Shown here: one piece after another, positions 29,167 through 39,973 of the stretch
Layout: the number at the start of each line of letters is the position of its first letter
Numbering within the stretch: position 1 is the stretch's first letter
Assembly (NCBI GenBank): GCA_965228855.1
Contig: CBDDIJ010000003.1
Location: 896,001 to 960,000 of the forward strand
Direction of reading: 5' to 3'
Length of the DNA stretch: 64,000 bases
From: Candidatus Obscuribacterales bacterium
GTDB taxonomy: Bacteria > Cyanobacteriota > Vampirovibrionia > Obscuribacterales > Obscuribacteraceae
Position numbers and translations under genes: made by a program
The notes under the pieces: model-generated
Databases searched by the model: none
Seen by the model: the letters and a program-made list of their open reading frames with translations, nothing else
What the model was told of the DNA's origin: nothing

Positions 29167-32100
29167 TTAAATCTGCGTGAAGTGCACTTCCACAAAGTGT
29201 TCATTGCGGTCATCGATCAGGTTAACATGGCTGTGGTTCTGTTCTTGTCCATCAACTTTGATCGTGGTTGAAGTCTTCTTGCCTTTGGTTTGGAAGATCG
29301 TGATGTGGTAGACGGTCTCCCTATGTCGGTAGTGAATTTTGAATGTTTCCCAGTGCTCTGGCAAGCAGGGGACAAAACTCAGTTTGTTTATTTGCAAACG
29401 CAGACCGAGCAGCGATTCGACTATCAGCCGATACATCCAACCCGATGAGCCTGTGTACCAGGTCCAGCCGCCTCGCCCAGTGTGCGGTGGTGCCGCGTAA
29501 ACGTCGGCTGCCACCACATACGGTTCTACCTTGTACGTAGCAACCCCTTCCGGACAGTTGGCATGCATTACAGGATTGATCAACTGAAACAATTCCCAGG
29601 CACGCTTGTTGTCGCCCAGAGCGGCGAACGCCATCACCGTCCAAATTGCGCCGTGCGTGTATTGACCGCCATTTTCGCGCACTCCGGGGACATATCCCTT
29701 TATATAACCGGGATTCAATTCAGATTTGTCGAACGGCGGATCGAGCAGGCGAATCAGCTCGTGCTCTCTGTCGACAAGGTGTTCGTCGACCGCCTCCATC
29801 GCCTGACGCGCGCGCAAGGGATCGCCCATCGCCGAGAGAACCGACCAGCTCTGCGCAATCGCATCGATCTTGCATTCGTCATTTGACACGGAGCCGAGTG
29901 GTTGGCCGTCATCAAAATAAGCGCGTCGATACCACTGACCATCCCAACCGTTTTTCTCTATGCTGGCTTTCATCTCGGCTAATTCTTTCTGGCAGCGTTG
30001 CACGAAGTCGCCGTCACCCCGAAGTTGTGCAATCTCAGTGAAGGACGACAATACGTTGCATAAGAAGAAAGCTAACCAGACACTCTCACCTTTGCCGTCT
30101 TTGCCGACGAGATTCATGCCGTCGTTCCAATCGCAAGATCCGATTAATGGTAGTCCATGCGCGCCGCTTGTCAGACCTCTGGAAATGGCTCGCACGCAAT
30201 GTTCGTACAGGGTGCGCACTTCCTCTGAGCGCGCCGGCAAATCGTAGTACGATTCATCCTCGGGATTGACCGGACGACCCGAGAGAAAGTGAACGGGCTC
30301 ATCTAGCACACCGGTGTCGCCAGTCGTCATCACATAGCGGTGTGTGGCAAGTGGCAACCACAGAAAATCGTCGGAGCAATGCGTCCGCACACCGCGCCCC
30401 AAGGGCGGGTGCCACCAGTGTTGAACATCACCTTCTTGAAATTGGTGTTCGGCACAACGCAGCAAGTGCTCGCGCATCAATCGCGGCTCTGCATGAACGA
30501 GTGCCATAATGTCTTGCAGCTGATCGCGAAATCCGAATGCACCGCCGGACTGATAGAAACCGCTTCTCGCCCAGAGCCGGCAGGCTATGGTTTGATACAT
30601 GAGCCAGCCGTTGACCAGCATGTTCACGGAAGGGTCAGGAGTGTCCACATTGACCGCGCCGAGAGTGTGCTTCCAATATTGGCATAGTGCCTCAAACGAA
30701 TCGCGCCGGGCGCCAGATCCGCGAAACCGGTGCACGAGGTTGGTGGCATCATTTGCATCTCTGCCGACACCCAGTCGAAAGATGATTTCACGTTCCTGCC
30801 CGTCGGCCAGATCGAATGCCACTTGCATCGCTCCGCATGGATCGAGAGCGGCTCCGACTCTGCCGGAGAGGCGAGCATTGCCCAAAGCTGCCGGGTTCCT
30901 CAGCGTGCCGTTTCGTCCGATGAACTCACTGCGATCGCCGGTCACCGTGCGGTTAGGATCGTCTACGTCAAGGAACGCGACCAGATTTGCGAACTCACTA
31001 TTGTAGCGGTTATGGGCGAACAAGGCATCGGATTTGGTATCAATCTCTGTGGTCACGTGCATGGCAGATCTGGAACGCATATCACCCAGAACCCATTCCA
31101 CATAAGCGGTGGCTGAAAGTCGGCGTGCACGTCCGGATGCATTTCGTATCTTGAGTACTGAAATCTTCACCGGGTCATCTTTGGCTACGTACACTGATAA
31201 TTCTGATACGATACCGCTTTCGGTGTGCTCGAAGACGCTGTATCCAAAACCATGGCGACTGATGTAATACGAGTCTTCTCCTCGCGAAGGCAATGGCGAC
31301 GGTGACCAGAAGCGTCCACTGTCTTCATCACGCAAATAGAAGACTTCGCCCGTGGTATCGCATATAGGGTCGTTGTACCATGGCGTCAGACGAAATTCGT
31401 GGGCGTTCTCATACCAGGTGTAAGACGACCCGTTCTCTGAGATCACGCTTCCGAAAATTGGATTGGCCATAACGTTGACCCACGGAGCCGGCGTAGATTC
31501 CCCGGAAGCTGTCGTGATAACGTATTCGCGTCCATCTGGCGTGAAGCCGCCTAAACCATTGAAGAGTATGAGTTCGCGCCACGGACATTCGGCAACCGGT
31601 GTGGAGCGCGCAGTCTTGCTAGGCACCAGACGTGGTACGCGAGGATCACGGATTCGCCGCGCCAGCTGCTCCGCCAGCGTGCCTCTCTTGTCCGTGATGA
31701 CCACGCGCGCGACCGATTGGAATAGAATGCGATCCTCAGTAGATATCTGCTCTGCCGGTCTCACGAAGATACCACCAGGACGATCGAAAACATTTGCTTC
31801 GGAACTTGCCGCGATCAAACCCATGATCTGATCCTGGAGTAGCTGCCGGTATCCGGCACGATCTTCGTTCCAAATTACAAGGTCGACAGCCAGTCCCTTC
31901 AAGCGCCAGTAGGCATGGGCTTGTATGAGTTGGCGCACAAGATCGATATTGGACTGATCGTCGATCTGCAGTAGAACAATAGGCAAGTCTCCGGAGACGG
32001 CATAGCCCCACAGCCCCGATTGTCCGCGCCGATTTTTGACGATCGTGCTTGTGTCAGCACGCATACTGTTATTTGCATAGATTACCGAACCGGCAAGACG

Positions 32101-35100
32101 TCCATAGAGTTGCGCGTCGGAATCGGTGGCATTGATCTGACGCAGAACTACCTGACTGTGTGTCCATGCCAGATCGAAAACGCGGTCGGCCAGGCTGCGG
32201 TCATGATATTTTTCGATGAACGAGAGACACTCTTCTCTCGTTTCAGCCATGCCGGTGACGATGTCGATAGTTGCCGATGCTTCCGGCTCCAGCGTTAGAT
32301 GGCAGCGAATAGATACAATCGGATCGAGAACCGATCCGTCTGTTCCTGAGAGAGGCCCTGGCTTCATCATCGCCTCAGGCTGCACAAGGCTGTTTCCTCG
32401 ACCGATGAAACGACTGCGATCGGTTTCATGCGAAATCTCCTCGATCGTTGCGCCGTGCGCAGCCATCAAATGGAACATCCATGGTGTCTTCTCTTCGGAA
32501 GATCGCGGCCGTCTGTTGCAGAGAATGGCTTGTTTATCCCGGATGATTTCAGTTTGCACGAATAGCTTGCTGAACGCAGGATGCAACGCGTCGGCGATGT
32601 TCGGCGCCAAAACCACTTCCGCATAGCTGGTCACATCAATTGTCCTGTGAGCGCGAGCGCGATTGGTGATGCGCACGCGACGCAGTTCTATATCATCCTC
32701 GGATGAAACAACGATCTCCGAATGCATATCACAATCGAATCCGCGACGGCGAAACTCAACTCTCGAGTCGGAAAAAATCGCTTCGTAGCTGTCTGTCGTT
32801 TTCAGTGTTGGTTGAAATGCAGGCGACCAGAATTCGCTGCTGGTCAAATCGCGGATGTAGCAAAACATGCCGCAATTGTCCATTATGGCATCTTCGCGGA
32901 AGCGCGTGACGGCCAAGTCGTTCCAACAACTGTAGCCGCCGCCAGCACTTGTCACCATGACGTGGTATCTGCCATTGGACAACAATTGCACTTCCGGAAC
33001 GGTGGCATCTGGGCTGGTGAAGAATCGTACCGGCGCTTGCTGACCGCTGGTCGTGCTCAAGCCGGAGACTTCGGCTGATTGAGTATGAAGCACCGTGGAC
33101 TTGGGAATGCGCTCCTGCAAAAGCAACATCGTCGACTGAAACGCGGGCTCGGATTCGAAAAGCCTCTGCATCGGCCGGTTCAAAAGCGTATACGCCAGAG
33201 CTAGAAGACTCATCCCTTGATGATGGGACATGAAGGATTGTACGATTGTAAACGGCTGCCCATGCGGAACACGGGCAGGTGTGTAGTCGATTGCTTCGTA
33301 GAAACCGAATTTTCCGAGACAATTCATCGCGGCAAGTCTCTCGAGGTTTAAACATGCTTCATCCGGTGATACCATCAACGCCAGCATAGATGCGTAAGGC
33401 GCGACGACGAGATCTTCGGCCAACCCGCGCTTCAGTCCAAGTCCGGGCACGCCGAATGCCCGGTACTGATAATTGAGTTGCACGTCCACGGCGCTGTAGC
33501 CGGATTCTGAAATGCCCCACGGAACTCCGCGCTGCTTGCCGTATTCGATTTGCCTGCTAACAGCCGCTCTGTATGTTTGATCCAGAATGGTGTCTTGATA
33601 GGTGGGCATCACTAGAAGTGGCATAAGATATTCGAACATGGAGCCGCTCCAGGAGAAGAGAATCGGATCTCCACCTGTGGAAGCACGCAGTCGTCCAAGC
33701 GCGAACCAGCTTTCCTGTGGCAATTGCCCCTGGGCAATACCGACAAAACTTGCTATCCGGGCTTCTGAGGCCAACAGATCGTAGTAACTCGCGTCCAACC
33801 GTCGCTCGCTGACATTGTAACCGATCGACAACAAGTGCCGGCTCTTATCGAACAGGAAGTCATAGTCCATGTCGGCCATCTCGCCCGATTGCCTGACGAG
33901 CCGATCGATTTCGGCGATCCTCTCGTTGGCACGCGCGCTTGCCAGTGCGACCATAGCCTTAATCGTGGAAAGCCATTCTTCTGTTTCGGGAGCGGCGTCG
34001 CAATCTTTCGAGGAGGTGAACTCGGGCGCGAGGGACTCCTCGAGATCTGCTAAGGAACGCAATGTTGTTAACTGATCGACAGTCTTAGTCCACGCAACCA
34101 GTCGATCGTCCAGTGTTGCTGTATCGGACACCACTGGTAGTGTCATTGTGGAAAGTGCAGACTTGTCCTCGGATACGCCAGACGAATTGCCGTTTGATGT
34201 CCAGGGCGCGAAGAAGGTCACTTCTTCGAGGGCGGAAACGCACTGCCCTGCCAGTTGTTTTGCCCAGTACACGGCATCTGGGTCTTTGATACCGGACAGT
34301 TCGCCACACATTCCTGCCGCACTATTTGCCAGAGTTTCCAAACATGAACGCAGATCCGAAAGCGTCGTAAATCGAGATTCACAGGCAATATCGATGTCGT
34401 TTTTCAATTGCTCATATTTTACCGAATCGCTGGCACCGGGGGTGGTGAATATGAGTGAAACCGTGTCTTTCAATCCGGCAAAAAATTGCCCGCCGATAAT
34501 CAATTCGTCGGGCAACACAACAAGACCACGTCGCAACGTCAAAAGATGTGCCGCCAGATTGCCGCTGTCTACTGTTGAAACATACGTGGGCAACAATGGC
34601 TGCAGAGTTTCTGTGTCGTACCAATTATAGAAGTGACCGCGGTGCCGTTCCAAACTCTCCATGGTTTTCAGCGTGTTAGCTGTGCGTTCAACCAGCTGTC
34701 CTTGGACAATGTAGCCAAATTCATAGGCGGACAAATTCGCCAAGAGCGCAAGTCCAATGTTGGTTGGAGAGGTGCGATGCGCAATCCTATCCACAGGACG
34801 TTCCTGATAATTATCTGGTGGCAACCAATTGTCGTTCGGTCCGACAAGCGTGTCGAAAAACGCCCAGGTCTTACGGGCTGCTCGGCGAAGGAAGTCGTTT
34901 TGTTCGACACTGAGCTCTCCTGTTCGCCTTGGAACCGACCTGCTCAACCACCATACAACCGCGGGACTGGCGACCCAGAGACCGAGAAGAGGTAGAGCAA
35001 GCAGCAAAGAATCAGGGCGGTAAACCACAACTATAATGAACGCGATAATTGCGATCGAAGGCGCGCTCCACATCGTTCGATACGAGGCGACTATCCCGGT

Positions 35101-37935
35101 TTCCATCTGTCGATCTACGTTTGCCGAAGCGCTCCACGAAAGCAGATCCTTGCCCGTCACCATCATGCGCCAGAGGGTGACTGCCACGGCTTGCAGGTTG
35201 CTCCATGCCTCATAAGCAAGACACGTGAGTGTAAGACTGGCCTGAGCGATATGCACCAAAGTGGAATTGAAAACAGCATCCAGCGCACCCTCCTTAGGTT
35301 TTCTGAAGACTTCGAAGATGGAAGAAATCAGAGGAGGAATGAATAAGATCGAAATCACAACCAGTGTCCACGTCCACCGCGGTGAAAGAATGGTCCAACC
35401 CATCAGCAAGAGACACATTAGCGAAACTGGAATTAGACTGCGCCTGAGATTGTCGAACAGTTTCCATTGAGATAACGCCGAAAGTGGATTCCTTTCGCTT
35501 AGCCCTTGTGGCACAGGAATGTCGGCAAAAAGCCAACTCAGGAGTTGCCAGTCTCCGCGAATCCAGCGGTAGGTTCGCGTGGCATGCGCTTGGTAGCTGG
35601 GCGGAGATTCCTCGTACAATTGCACATCGCTCAAAAGTCCCGATCGTGCATAACATCCTTCCAACAGATCGTGGCTCAAAATGCGGTTTTCAGGAAACCG
35701 TTCTTTGAGAGTAAACTCGAACGCTTCAACATCGTAAATCCCTTTGCCAATAAAGGATCCTTCGTGAAACAGATCTTGATATAGATCTGAAACCGCTCTG
35801 GTGTAGGGATCTATGCCTGAGTCGCTGGCGTACAATCGCGCATACAGAGAACGTTTGGCACTCGGCAAACTTATCGCTACTCTCGGTTGAAGTATGCCGT
35901 ATCCTTCTACGACCAGCTTCTTCTCTACGTCATACCGGGGACGATTGAGCGGGTGTTCCATGGCACCGATGAACTGGCGCGCCGCATCGCGTGGCAGCTG
36001 TGTGTCGGTATCAAGTGTAATCACATACCTGACTCCATCGAGCACTTCCGTGTCACCGGATATGAGCGAGAAGTCGTCGCCTTGACCACACTGGAGAAGC
36101 GCGTTCAGAGCAGCCAGCTTCCCGCGCTTGCGTTCATAGCCCATCCAGATCTGATCGCGAGAATTCCAAACTCGAGGCCGGTGGAACAGGAAAAAAATGT
36201 CGTTTCCTTCTTCTCTATATTTTTCATTGAGGGCTTTGATGCCCTCGTCAACGTTCTTCAAAAGCAGCGAATCACCGGGCATAACCTTTTGATTTGCATC
36301 ACGAAAGTCTGTCAGCAAACCAAAATACAAATTCGAATCGCGATTGCCGAGAAATCTCACTTCCAGTCCTTCGAGCAAGTCCTCGACATTTTGAGCGCTA
36401 GTCAATATGGTAGGCACCACCACTAGTGCGCGAGCCTGAGAGGAGATTCCTTTTGAAAAGTCCATTCTCGGCAACGCCTGCGGTGCGGCCAGTAACATCG
36501 CAACCCAATTGGTGAGCGCAATTGCAAGCTGACTTACTGCTATTAGACATGTGATACCAACTAACATATGAAGCCAATGCGGTAGGTCGTCGGCTCGTAT
36601 CATCGACAAAAGGCCAGCGGTGAAAACCGCAGACAACGCCATGATGGTGCCCAGATAGAGGGCAAGAGGGTGGCGCAAAATCGTTCCTTTCCAGTTCTCG
36701 AAAATCGAAGCTCGTACCTGAGCGGATTTTTTCAACAGTGGCAGTCCCTTGTCGATCAAATAGAAACCGACGTGAGACCCTCTGTGCTCGATAGGGTGAG
36801 TGCGTGCATTGTCCTGAGCCAGTGTTATTGCCGCACGAGCCAGTTGTCCCTCCGACAGACTGGTTTTCTTTGCCATCCTCTCTATGACGTGGCGATATCG
36901 GTTGCGAGTCGTAAACTCCATGCCACTGTACACACCGCCTGGATCTTCACTCAGTATTGCTTCGACGACACTGTGCTTCTCGACGAAATCTCTCCAGTCT
37001 GTCGCGCCAAGCATGCGCAGGCTTCCGATGATGTTGCTGATGGAAACTTGATTGCTAGCCTGTTGTTGAACTTCGGAACGCACTAACTGCTCGATTGTTC
37101 GCCCCGACTCCAGTAGCCGCTGCTCGATCCAAGTCAACGGCAGCGCCAGAGATGGTCCGTGACCTTGCAGTAGGCGAGCAAGTTCAGCGACGAAGGAACT
37201 TACTAGAGGAGGATTCGAGCGCGCCATGTCTGCAATTACAAGAATCAAACTCTTCGGATCTTGCTCAGCCGTTTCCAGCATTCGATTCGCCCACTCGTCA
37301 GCCAGATCTCTAACTAAGCAGGCAGCGGAAATGCTGGCGGCGACTCGCCTGAGACCTTCGATGAGCGCGAGGCGAAGCATTATCGGAATAGCCCACAGCT
37401 CGCCAATCTTGAGTTCACTGACAGTTTGATATGCAGTGACAAAACGGCTGAGGCTCTCCGGCTGAACGCGTCCATCGCCGTGCGAAATCGTCTCCAACGC
37501 AATGTCGTATACGCGGGGCAGTCCTGCCGAAGGACCGTCCAGCAGGCGGGGCAACTCACGACTATAGCCTTTGGGCAAGTGGTTTCTAGCGGTGAGAATT
37601 TGCTCTTCGATCAAATAGAAGTTGTCGAGCAGCCATTCACCAGCCGGCGGAATAGCCCGGTTGTTCTTGAGCGTGGCTGTCAGCATGTTGTAGGTTTCGG
37701 TCAGAACCTCTTCGTTTGTCGCCAGACGATCCAAAAGCAGGTCCTGCTTGCGCACATCAGTCAGGTTGTGCCAACCAGCCAGAGTCTTGCCGTGCTGCTC
37801 CATTTGATCGATGCTGAATAATTCAGATCTCGGCGCAGCCTCGCTATCACCGTATCTGCCGGAAAACTTTCGATTGCCAGGATTAGCCAACAACCGCAGC
37901 AAGCTTTTTCCTAACGTCGTGCTGTGTTCTTTCAA
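29167..37935 (-). CDS. cgs: Cyclic beta-1,2-glucan synthase (Cgs/ChvB type) with a C-terminal GH94 phosphorylase domain
   Basis: 2922 aa. EWLLDNFYLIE, GYERKRGKL, ITLDTDT, SHDLLEG, RWIRGDWQ, YDLLASEAR, SWSGSMFEYLMP and WGISES. GH94 motifs GAFGFRDQLQD, DWNDGMN, ENGGQYTH and WYTGS. Confidence 0.93.
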   Translation of the reverse strand: MKEHSTTLGKSLLRLLANPGNRKFSGRYGDSEAAPRSELFSIDQMEQHGKTLAGWHNLTDVRKQDLLLDRLATNEEVLTETYNMLTATLKNNRAIPPAGEWLLDNFYLIEEQILTARNHLPKGYSRELPRLLDGPSAGLPRVYDIALETISHGDGRVQPESLSRFVTAYQTVSELKIGELWAIPIMLRLALIEGLRRVAASISAACLVRDLADEWANRMLETAEQDPKSLILVIADMARSNPPLVSSFVAELARLLQGHGPSLALPLTWIEQRLLESGRTIEQLVRSEVQQQASNQVSISNIIGSLRMLGATDWRDFVEKHSVVEAILSEDPGGVYSGMEFTTRNRYRHVIERMAKKTSLSEGQLARAAITLAQDNARTHPIEHRGSHVGFYLIDKGLPLLKKSAQVRASIFENWKGTILRHPLALYLGTIMALSAVFTAGLLSMIRADDLPHWLHMLVGITCLIAVSQLAIALTNWVAMLLAAPQALPRMDFSKGISSQARALVVVPTILTSAQNVEDLLEGLEVRFLGNRDSNLYFGLLTDFRDANQKVMPGDSLLLKNVDEGIKALNEKYREEGNDIFFLFHRPRVWNSRDQIWMGYERKRGKLAALNALLQCGQGDDFSLISGDTEVLDGVRYVITLDTDTQLPRDAARQFIGAMEHPLNRPRYDVEKKLVVEGYGILQPRVAISLPSAKRSLYARLYASDSGIDPYTRAVSDLYQDLFHEGSFIGKGIYDVEAFEFTLKERFPENRILSHDLLEGCYARSGLLSDVQLYEESPPSYQAHATRTYRWIRGDWQLLSWLFADIPVPQGLSERNPLSALSQWKLFDNLRRSLIPVSLMCLLLMGWTILSPRWTWTLVVISILFIPPLISSIFEVFRKPKEGALDAVFNSTLVHIAQASLTLTCLAYEAWSNLQAVAVTLWRMMVTGKDLLSWSASANVDRQMETGIVASYRTMWSAPSIAIIAFIIVVVYRPDSLLLALPLLGLWVASPAVVWWLSRSVPRRTGELSVEQNDFLRRAARKTWAFFDTLVGPNDNWLPPDNYQERPVDRIAHRTSPTNIGLALLANLSAYEFGYIVQGQLVERTANTLKTMESLERHRGHFYNWYDTETLQPLLPTYVSTVDSGNLAAHLLTLRRGLVVLPDELIIGGQFFAGLKDTVSLIFTTPGASDSVKYEQLKNDIDIACESRFTTLSDLRSCLETLANSAAGMCGELSGIKDPDAVYWAKQLAGQCVSALEEVTFFAPWTSNGNSSGVSEDKSALSTMTLPVVSDTATLDDRLVAWTKTVDQLTTLRSLADLEESLAPEFTSSKDCDAAPETEEWLSTIKAMVALASARANERIAEIDRLVRQSGEMADMDYDFLFDKSRHLLSIGYNVSERRLDASYYDLLASEARIASFVGIAQGQLPQESWFALGRLRASTGGDPILFSWSGSMFEYLMPLLVMPTYQDTILDQTYRAAVSRQIEYGKQRGVPWGISESGYSAVDVQLNYQYRAFGVPGLGLKRGLAEDLVVAPYASMLALMVSPDEACLNLERLAAMNCLGKFGFYEAIDYTPARVPHGQPFTIVQSFMSHHQGMSLLALAYTLLNRPMQRLFESEPAFQSTMLLLQERIPKSTVLHTQSAEVSGLSTTSGQQAPVRFFTSPDATVPEVQLLSNGRYHVMVTSAGGGYSCWNDLAVTRFREDAIMDNCGMFCYIRDLTSSEFWSPAFQPTLKTTDSYEAIFSDSRVEFRRRGFDCDMHSEIVVSSEDDIELRRVRITNRARAHRTIDVTSYAEVVLAPNIADALHPAFSKLFVQTEIIRDKQAILCNRRPRSSEEKTPWMFHLMAAHGATIEEISHETDRSRFIGRGNSLVQPEAMMKPGPLSGTDGSVLDPIVSIRCHLTLEPEASATIDIVTGMAETREECLSFIEKYHDRSLADRVFDLAWTHSQVVLRQINATDSDAQLYGRLAGSVIYANNSMRADTSTIVKNRRGQSGLWGYAVSGDLPIVLLQIDDQSNIDLVRQLIQAHAYWRLKGLAVDLVIWNEDRAGYRQLLQDQIMGLIAASSEANVFDRPGGIFVRPAEQISTEDRILFQSVARVVITDKRGTLAEQLARRIRDPRVPRLVPSKTARSTPVAECPWRELILFNGLGGFTPDGREYVITTASGESTPAPWVNVMANPIFGSVISENGSSYTWYENAHEFRLTPWYNDPICDTTGEVFYLRDEDSGRFWSPSPLPSRGEDSYYISRHGFGYSVFEHTESGIVSELSVYVAKDDPVKISVLKIRNASGRARRLSATAYVEWVLGDMRSRSAMHVTTEIDTKSDALFAHNRYNSEFANLVAFLDVDDPNRTVTGDRSEFIGRNGTLRNPAALGNARLSGRVGAALDPCGAMQVAFDLADGQEREIIFRLGVGRDANDATNLVHRFRGSGARRDSFEALCQYWKHTLGAVNVDTPDPSVNMLVNGWLMYQTIACRLWARSGFYQSGGAFGFRDQLQDIMALVHAEPRLMREHLLRCAEHQFQEGDVQHWWHPPLGRGVRTHCSDDFLWLPLATHRYVMTTGDTGVLDEPVHFLSGRPVNPEDESYYDLPARSEEVRTLYEHCVRAISRGLTSGAHGLPLIGSCDWNDGMNLVGKDGKGESVWLAFFLCNVLSSFTEIAQLRGDGDFVQRCQKELAEMKASIEKNGWDGQWYRRAYFDDGQPLGSVSNDECKIDAIAQSWSVLSAMGDPLRARQAMEAVDEHLVDREHELIRLLDPPFDKSELNPGYIKGYVPGVRENGGQYTHGAIWTVMAFAALGDNKRAWELFQLINPVMHANCPEGVATYKVEPYVVAADVYAAPPHTGRGGWTWYTGSSGWMYRLIVESLLGLRLQINKLSFVPCLPEHWETFKIHYRHRETVYHITIFQTKGKKTSTTIKVDGQEQNHSHVNLIDDRNEHFVEVHFTQI

Positions 37936-38168
37936 AAGCCGTACTGAACCTCATCATAGGAAGCCACACGTCGAGCGCCAAACTGCAAGTAGCACAAGTA
38001 GCAAGAGCCCAGCCGCTCCAGCGATAAGCACAGAGCCACCATATTCGGCATCAAATGCGCGTTGCTACAAAATACTTATTACGTGATCCAAATCTATATC
38101 CGAGACCTCTTCAGGGTCTGGAACACCTCACCATTACGGTGGAACACCTTCTCCTCGGTTCAATATCC

Positions 38169-38516
38169 TTAATTATACGGTAATTGGGCTGACTGCATGG
38201 TAAGTCCCTGGGACATCGTTGCAGCTGCACCCAGTGCGCGCGCGGCCGTTCGCACTCCGTCAGCTAGATATTTGGCTCTAGGCGTTGGTTTCAAACTGAG
38301 AAGAACAAATGGGATCGCGGAAGTGTGCTGACCTTTTCTGTCCCATCGCAAAAAATCAAAAACGCTGCCACCATTTTGCAGATGTACATCCGAAATTATC
38401 AAGTCGACCTTAGCAGTACGCAAGAAAGTTATTGCATTCATAACAGTTTCGACCACAAACACAGAATACCCCCAGTTTTCCAGACAAGCTTGAGCTTGCT
38501 CAGAGTCAGGAGCCAA
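38169..38516 (-). pseudogene. Truncated response-regulator receiver-domain remnant
   Basis: VDLIISDVHL and SAIPFVLLS are receiver strands. The first beta strand and the C-terminal Lys region are missing. Confidence 0.6.
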
Positions 38517-38662
38517 AAATATTCCACGACCTTCGGACAGTTGAACGACCTATGTGTCAATAGTCGATGGTAGCCAATGGTGACTCCCATTGCGTGCCAG
38601 ATGTAGGAAACGGCGAATACGGTGCCGAACACTATCATGGCTTCGTAAGTAAACACTTTCAT
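38438..38662 (-). pseudogene. 5-prime fragment of a delta-9 type fatty acid desaturase
   Basis: GVTIGYHRLLTHRSFNCPK is His-box 1. Similarity ends about 10 codons later, and boxes 2 and 3 are absent. GAGGA RBS present. Confidence 0.75.
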
Positions 38663-38893
38663 ATCCTCGCATCTCTTGGATCTACTCTGATTCGCACCTC
38701 AAGCGTCAGTGCTGGAGCGCAGTTCGTTGATTTAGATGCGATCGCGACAGAACACTCGTCCACAGAAACGTGATCGATCTGCGGCAAGAAAAGGCTCAGT
38801 GCCACATCAGCTCTAACTAATACTGAGCGACTATATTTCATTCAGTACTTATAAGTATCTGCTAGCTTTGTTAAAACTGGATGAAAACGCCGT

Positions 38894-39571
38894 CTAGATG
38901 TTGTTCTCGGTCTTGTAACCAAGCCCCCGCACAGTAGTTATGATCGAAAGACTGCCCTCAGAATCGATCTTTTGACGCAAGGTTCTTACATGTGTTCTTA
39001 CAGTATCTTCCAAGTGTCCTGAATCTTTTTGCCAGACACGCTCGAAAATTGCATGTGGGCTGAACACTTGATTGGGATGTCTGAGAAGGAATTGAAGGAG
39101 CTTGAATTCCATTGGGTGCAAATGAATCAACTGATCATTTTTTGTAACCGTACCTGCTTCGGTGTTCAACGCTATGGCGCCCGAGATGAGCACCTTCTCG
39201 CTGCGAAGGGCGGGTCTGCGTAATAGCGCCCGCATCTGTGCGCCAAGATCGCTTAGCTTAAATGGTTTCACCACATAAGCGTCGGCGCCTGCATCAAGGC
39301 CGACCTGCAGTTCACTGGAGGAATGTCTGCCGGCAATCAATATTATCGGCGCGGTGCCTCCAGCGGCTCGATAACCCCGAACAACACCGATTCCATCCAA
39401 TCCGGGCAATGCTGTTTCGAGAAGAATAATATCGTACGGGTTCAAGCGCAAACATTCCAGAATGCGAAAACCTTGATTCTCAGTCTGAACCGAGTAGTGT
39501 TGCAATGAAAAGTATTCTTGCATTGCAGCTGCGAGATCTTGTTGCGTTTCACCTAGTAGCATCCTTGACAT
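38894..39571 (-). CDS. OmpR/PhoB-family response regulator with an atypical receiver
   Basis: Receiver (LPGLDG, GADAYVVKPF) plus winged helix (EFKLLQFL, VRTHVRTLRQKI, TVRGLGY). The phospho-site strand reads IILLE instead of IILLD. Confidence 0.9.
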   Translation of the reverse strand: MSRMLLGETQQDLAAAMQEYFSLQHYSVQTENQGFRILECLRLNPYDIILLETALPGLDGIGVVRGYRAAGGTAPIILIAGRHSSSELQVGLDAGADAYVVKPFKLSDLGAQMRALLRRPALRSEKVLISGAIALNTEAGTVTKNDQLIHLHPMEFKLLQFLLRHPNQVFSPHAIFERVWQKDSGHLEDTVRTHVRTLRQKIDSEGSLSIITTVRGLGYKTENNI

Positions 39572-39973
39572 GATTCCGTCCTCGCCGAGAAAGCCTCAGC
39601 ATCGCGTAATCGATTGCTGCAGACAACGAGGAATTTGAACTACGATTTATGTGCAACTGCGATAAGTAAGGCGCTCAATTGAGGCCCTTATCTATATTGT
39701 AGACCTTTGTACTGCTGAATGTTGGATTCGTGGGAAGCGGATATGTGGAATCTCCTGTGTAACTGACCCTGCGCTCGATCGCGAGAATAGTTAATTTTGC
39801 GGCGCTGTGCAGCCAATCCCAAGAATCTCATCAAACATTTAAAGGTCAATCTTTCGCTCAAGAAGACCTTCTAGTGTATAAGCGTTACATTTTCTTTCTT
39901 TTTCTTTGATTGTTTCGATTGCCACCGGAGATGGTGCTCGCGGAAGTTCTTGCGATAACTCTAGTAACGACAC

